Assembly (NCBI RefSeq): GCF_009914755.1
Contig: NC_060925.1
Source of the DNA: the human T2T-CHM13v2.0 reference genome, Homo sapiens
Reading direction: 5' to 3' (one strand)
Length of the DNA stretch: 64,000 nucleotides
Every line of letters starts with the position of its first letter. The first letter of the stretch is position 1. Positions 58,215 to 64,000 of the stretch are shown piece after piece. A program made the translations under genes and the position numbers. Below the pieces are notes generated by a model that had not been told where the DNA came from, ran no database searches, and worked only from the letters and a program-made list of their open reading frames with translations.

Positions 58215-59015
58215 TTTTTAACTGTTTTATTGAGATATAATTCATATACCATACAATTGGCCCACTTAGAGTGTATAATCCAACAGTGTTTGTAGTACAT
58301 TTAGAATCATGTGACCATTACCACATCAATTTTAGAGCATTTTATCACCCGAAAAGAAACTCTGTCCCCAGTTAACATCATTCTCCATCCTTTTCAGTCT
58401 CACCAGCCCCTGACCAACATTAATCTGTAGATTTGCCTATTAAGGACATTTAGAATAAATGAAATAATACAATATATACTTTTTCATAAATTATGTAGTC
58501 ACTTTTTGACTGGCTTCTCTCATATTTTTAAGGTTCAGCTACACTGCAGCATGTGTCAGTATTTCATTTCTTTTTATTGCCAGATCATATCCCATTGTAT
58601 AAATATGCCAGATTTTAAAGTGTACCATTCTGTAATGTTAAGTATATTCACATTGTTTTGAAACAGATCTCTGGGACTTTTTCATCTTACAAAACTGAAA
58701 CTATATACTCCACATTTTATTTACCCATTCTCATAGATTGGGTTGTTTTCCACATTTGGGCAGTTGTGTATAATACTGCTGTGAACATTTGTATGCACGT
58801 TTTTAGGTGGAGATATATTTTCATTTTTCTTGCGTGTATTCTGCCTAGGAGTGGAATTGAAGGGCTAGTCATCTGGTTATTCTTTAACATTGTGAGGAAC
58901 TGCCAAGCTGTTTTCCAAAGTGGCTGCACCATTTTGCATTCCCACCAGCAATGTCGTTTTTGATTTGCATTTTTCTAATAACTAAGGATGTAGAACATCT
59001 TTTCATGTGAAGACA
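58215..59015 (-). mobile_element. L1MB-like 3' end with a second short L1 3'-end fragment inside (~58613-58710)
   Basis: ttttattgagatataattcatatacc...; minus-strand frame MVQPLWKTAWQFL is the ORF2 C-terminal motif. Confidence 0.85.
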
Positions 59016-59789
59016 TTTAATTAAAATGTTTTCCTTAAAATAATGTTTTACTAGATTCTCAGGGTTATAACTTAGAAAGGAAACATCCTTTTAGAATTCT
59101 TCAAGGATACTAATTGTAACCCAAATTATGAGGATTGAAAGACAAAGAGTAAATGGCTGCCCTCATTGTAAGGACTGACTGTTGGCAGGTTAGGTTTTAA
59201 GTAGAAATGGTTTAGCAGTCTCATTTTCAGGAACATACTAAATGGAGTCCTGAACTGGGTTATCTGTGATAAGCAAAGGAGGAAAGAGAAAAAGAGGCAG
59301 ATGGGCCAATGTAAGCCATTCCCTTTCAAGATGCTCAATTACTAGCACAATCAAGCCAAAGAATGGCCTTCAAATGATGAGAAAATACATAAGCCATCTA
59401 TACATTTTCTAGTACCTTGTTTGGTGTCTGGCACAAAATATTTATTCTGGGTTTTGAAGAAGATAGAACCTTGAATGCAGCTGACACACCAAGATTTTGA
59501 ATCATAAAATGTAAGGATTAGAAGCTAATGATTCCCACAGGAAACATTATAATAAGTAAAAACAGGCTGCGCAAACCGTCCCTGGGTTAAATTCTTAAAG
59601 CTACTGGGCTCCTTCAGATTATGCAAATTTCTTCAAAACTACATCTGATCTCTCCCATGATTCCCTCAACACATGCATGAAAGGTATATGTGAATTCCAT
59701 GACACGAATGAGGTTTATTTATGTAAATATACCTCAGCATATTCCCCCACCCCCCACCAAATAAGGCACATCAATTTTTTACAATAATA

Positions 59790-60020
59790 AAGAGCTAATT
59801 GTTGAGTTCTAACTATATGCCAGGCACGTGCTAAGCAGTGTACATTGTGTCATTTAATTGACATAGCAACTCGATGAAGTTGATCCTACTCTTATTCCTG
59901 TATTACAGAAAAGGAAATTTAGGTTCAGCAAGACCAAGTAATTTGCCCAGTATCATACCAGCTCTAAAGAGGCTACCGGAGGATTCTAGGCTTCTGGTCA
60001 GTGCTCTCAACCACTGAACA
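59790..60020 (-). mobile_element. MIR
   Basis: ctatatgccaggcacgtgctaagc...tattacagaaaaggaaattt...gtaatttgccca. Confidence 0.8.
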
Positions 60021-60074
60021 CAAAAATGTCTTTCTTATTCCTTTTAGTCTGCTGCAGTAATTGGGAGGATATAG

Positions 60075-60443
<369 letters not shown>

Positions 60444-60473
60444 TGAGATTTTGTGATTGCTACCTTGGCCTGT

Positions 60474-61380
60474 GCTGACTAGAATAACCAGTTTAGAGAA
60501 GAACGTAAATGACCTGATGGAGCTGAAAAACACAGCATGAGAACTTCGTGAAGCATACGCAAGTATCAATAGCTGAATCGATCAGGATCAACTTAATGAA
60601 ATAAAGCGAGAAGACAAGATTAGAGAAGAAAGAATAAAAAGGAGCAAACAAAGCCTCCAAGAAATATGGGACTATGTGAAAAGACCAAATCTATGTTTGA
60701 TTGGTGTACATGAAAGTGATGGGGAGAATGGAACCAAGTTGGAAGATACACTTCAGGATATTATCCAGGAGAACTTCCCCAACCTAGCAAGACATGCCGA
60801 CATTCAAATTCAGGAAATACAGAGAACACCACAAAGATACTCCTCAAGAAGAGCAACCACAAGACACATAATCATCAGATTCACCAAGGCAGAAATGAAG
60901 GAAAAAATGTTAAGGGCAACCAGAGAGAAAGGTCGGGTTACCCACAAAGGGAAGCCCATCAGACTCAGCAGATCTCTCGGCAGAAACCCTACAAGCCAGA
61001 AGAGAGTGGGGACCAATATTCAACATTCTTAAATAAAAGAATTTTCACACGGCGTGGTGGCTCAATCCTGTAATCCCAGCACTTTGGGAGGCTGAGGCAG
61101 GCGGATCACAAGGTCAGGAGTTTGAGACCAGCCTGACCAGTGTGGTGAAACCCTGTCTCTACTAAAAATACAAAAATTAGCTGGCCATGATGGTGCACAC
61201 CTGCAGTCCCAGCTACTCAGGAGGCTGAGGCAGGAGAATTGCTTGAACCCAGGAGGCAGAGGTTACAGTGAGCAAAGATTGCACCACTGCACTCCAGCCT
61301 GGGTGACAGAGCAAGACTCCGTCTCAAAAAAAAGAAAAAGAATTTTCAACCCTGAATTTCATATCCAGCCAAAGTAAGCT
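60474..61380 (+). mobile_element. Isolated L1PA (PA7/8-like) ORF1 fragment, split by an Alu
   Basis: Translates to L1 ORF1p: KRPNLCLIGVHESDGENGTKLEDTLQDIIQENFPNLAR...REKGRVTHKGKPIRL; contains stops and a frameshift. Confidence 0.92.
61048..61335 (+). mobile_element. AluSg-like, nested in L1 ORF1
   Basis: TSD AAAAGAATTTTCA (61035-61047 / 61336-61348). Confidence 0.95.
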
Positions 61381-61412
61381 GCCTTTTAGTTTTTCTAAAA
61401 AACTGATAGAGA

Positions 61413-61737
<325 letters not shown>

Positions 61738-64000
61738 TCAGTTTTCTAAGTCAAGAAGAGAGTCTAGTTAAATTTTGTGTACTTTTACTACAGATTTCCT
61801 ATATTTTTGCAAAATTTTCTCTTAAGTTGGTGCATTTAGAAGGGAAACTCAATAAATATTTTGTCACTGAAGAGATGAGAGACATTTGACACCCCCTCCC
61901 CACCTTCCCCTCAGAATTCAACCTGATAATGCAGAGGCTTTCACAGCCATCTAGTCCCAACATTGTCTATAAGATGCTTCAAGATAGAACTTTAAGGAAA
62001 ACACATGTAGGAGGCAGTGACCAGGGGTACTTGGAAATAGGTACCCTTTCCAATTTAGCTTTGTGAACATTTGTTCAATTTGGTAGTTTTTAAGCTAACT
62101 AATAGCATTGTGGGCATTTTATTCTTGGATTTAAATTTGGGTAATTTCTGTAGGACGCTGAAATACCTTCTACCTAGACATAGAATTCAACTTTAAATAA
62201 TCCTACTTTAAGTTGGTTCCTGGGATGAGGTACTTAGTAATACAGTATTGAAGTGGTAGATGGTGAAGTTACTTCCTGTGGTGGTGTTTCATTCATGTCT
62301 CAGGTTGCAAAGTTATGTAAGTTGTTTACAGCAAAATACTAGTGAGGAAGAGTTCATTTGCCACTGCTAGAAGGTACAGACTCCCCGCATTTAGTATGAT
62401 GACTATCTTTGGTCTTTTCTTGCAGCTGTCTTGTTTATAGAGTCAAATTATCTTATGTCTATCTAGGGTTAAATGTCACAGTCTCATGGGCAATGTAACA
62501 AAGTTTGTATTTTGTGCTTTGTTAAAGAAAGCTAGTAGGTGATTACTTGCGGTTGAATCGGTATTTGGAGACTCATTAATGATTAATTGAAAACACACAC
62601 AAGCACTTTTTTGGTAACCGCCTGCGCATAGCGTTCTTTTGGGGTTCAGATATTTAGCAGATACCCCCTTCCCTCTCCTAAAAATATACATTCATTTTAT
62701 ATTGTGTTAGACTTAAAGTATATTTGAACAGAATATGAAGTTTATGATTCTTAAACTATTTGCATTTACATATGGTATAATTACTCTTAGGTCTCTGACG
62801 GTAATAGATGTCCATTTTTTTTCATTAATACTCTTGTTTCTTTCTACTGTTTACAGGAATACTAACAAAATACCTTAACTGTCATCTCAAAAGTTAATGA
62901 TAAATGTTAATAAACTTCATTATAAAACTGTTCGGTGATTTACAATTTGAAAATATTGGCAACCCATAGTACCTGGTACCTACGGTTTGGAACATATGGT
63001 GAATGGATTTATTTCAATACCTTCAGTGGCTCTTTTCTGAAAAAGTCCATTGAAAATCTTATGAGGCCTTTTTTGTACTTTTGCCTGTTTGTTTGTTTGT
63101 TTGTTTTGTTTTGCTTGCTTACTCCTAAATACTACCTCGTATTTGTCCACTTTTACTTTTGGGCACTTACAGCTTTTACCTTCATTTGGCATTGGGGCCA
63201 TTATGTTTCTATTGACCTAGTATTGTTCAGTTCCTTGGATGATCTCATCCTCATTACCTGGCAATCTCTGGCAAAGTTTCACACTTAAATTTTATAAATT
63301 GGGATATCACTTTCCTGAGAGTGTATTCCGTCTGCAACGTAAATGCAAGTTCTTTTGGGACAAGTGCCATAGTTTAAACGTAAATTATTCATTGACAGTA
63401 GCAAGCGTTGTGCAAACTATGCAGTGCTTTCTCAGTAAGTGCTCATTGAGTTGCCCTGTGTGCATGATGACCAGCTGTGTTATCTGGATGTGGAACATAG
63501 CGTTCTGCTATCTGTTTTCAGAAATGTCGCATATCCCTTCCAGGGCAGACCACTCATTGCCAAGGCATAAGGTCGAAAACTGCCCAGTGGGGTGGAAAGC
63601 AAAGGCAGTTGGTTAGCTGTTGGTGCTTTCTTTACTCTCTACGAGGATCTTTCAATGGCAGTGACCAGGACTTCATTCTGTTATTTGTTATAGAACAGGC
63701 AAGACATGAACCAACCCAGTCATATTCTGTACCAAACACATCTGTGGTCCATTCTGCTTTCCCCAGCTTTGGTTTCTTCATTTCACACGTCCAAGAGAAT
63801 TTTCTTAAGGATAACCATCTTATTAGAAATATGTCTAATTGATAATGAAATGTCTGTATTTAGCTATTTAACTTTGTTCTGGGTTCTCTCTGCTTACTTA
63901 ATGTGACTGCATTTCCCTGAGATGAATGCTGTGGGTTTTTGCAGTCTCTCCCCAACTTTGCCCCTCCCCTCTTAGATGAAGGTGCATCACTAGAGAACCT

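Noticed and set aside
52547-59010. Further TCATGTGA E-boxes (~52547, ~54849, ~58308, ~59003)
   Set aside because: Mostly inside repeats, and the count is not clearly above chance
60676-61032. 118-aa ORF with real protein similarity
   Set aside because: Decayed L1 ORF1p, frameshifted with upstream stops; not a host gene

Overview
This window is primate, almost certainly human, genomic DNA: about 20 Alu/FLAM elements plus L1, L2, CR1, MIR, MaLR/ERVL LTRs and hAT transposons. It has no convincing protein-coding exon. Two CpG islands (~11.85-13.3 kb and ~34.5-35.3 kb) each carry a + strand non-coding exon with canonical splice sites. Exon 1 ends at 12524 (AAG|GTTGGT). A 145-nt exon 2 spans 34865-35009 (tttcaaacag|GAAG...CCAG|gtgcgc). 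From memory, not a search, I recognise these as the 5'UTR exons of LRRC8D, a volume-regulated anion channel (VRAC) subunit whose coding exon would lie beyond the window's 3' end. The rest is upstream intergenic DNA and introns 1-2. The most interesting signal is a layered 5'-leader system. Three of the four candidate leaders carry their own AUG-initiated uORF, including a 66-aa Cys/Arg-rich one, and all converge on a strong-Kozak Met-Glu-Glu-stop uORF in exon 2. Exon 2 is itself flanked by inverted Alus and G-runs. Other points are an exact MITF/TFE M-box at the start of exon 1, an NF-kB/TonE cluster in intron 2, an AluYd-type 12-bp deletion and an isolated L1 ORF1 fragment with no 3' end. Repeat boundaries and subfamilies were read by eye and are approximate. 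I found no prokaryote-style system, CRISPR array or RNA gene.
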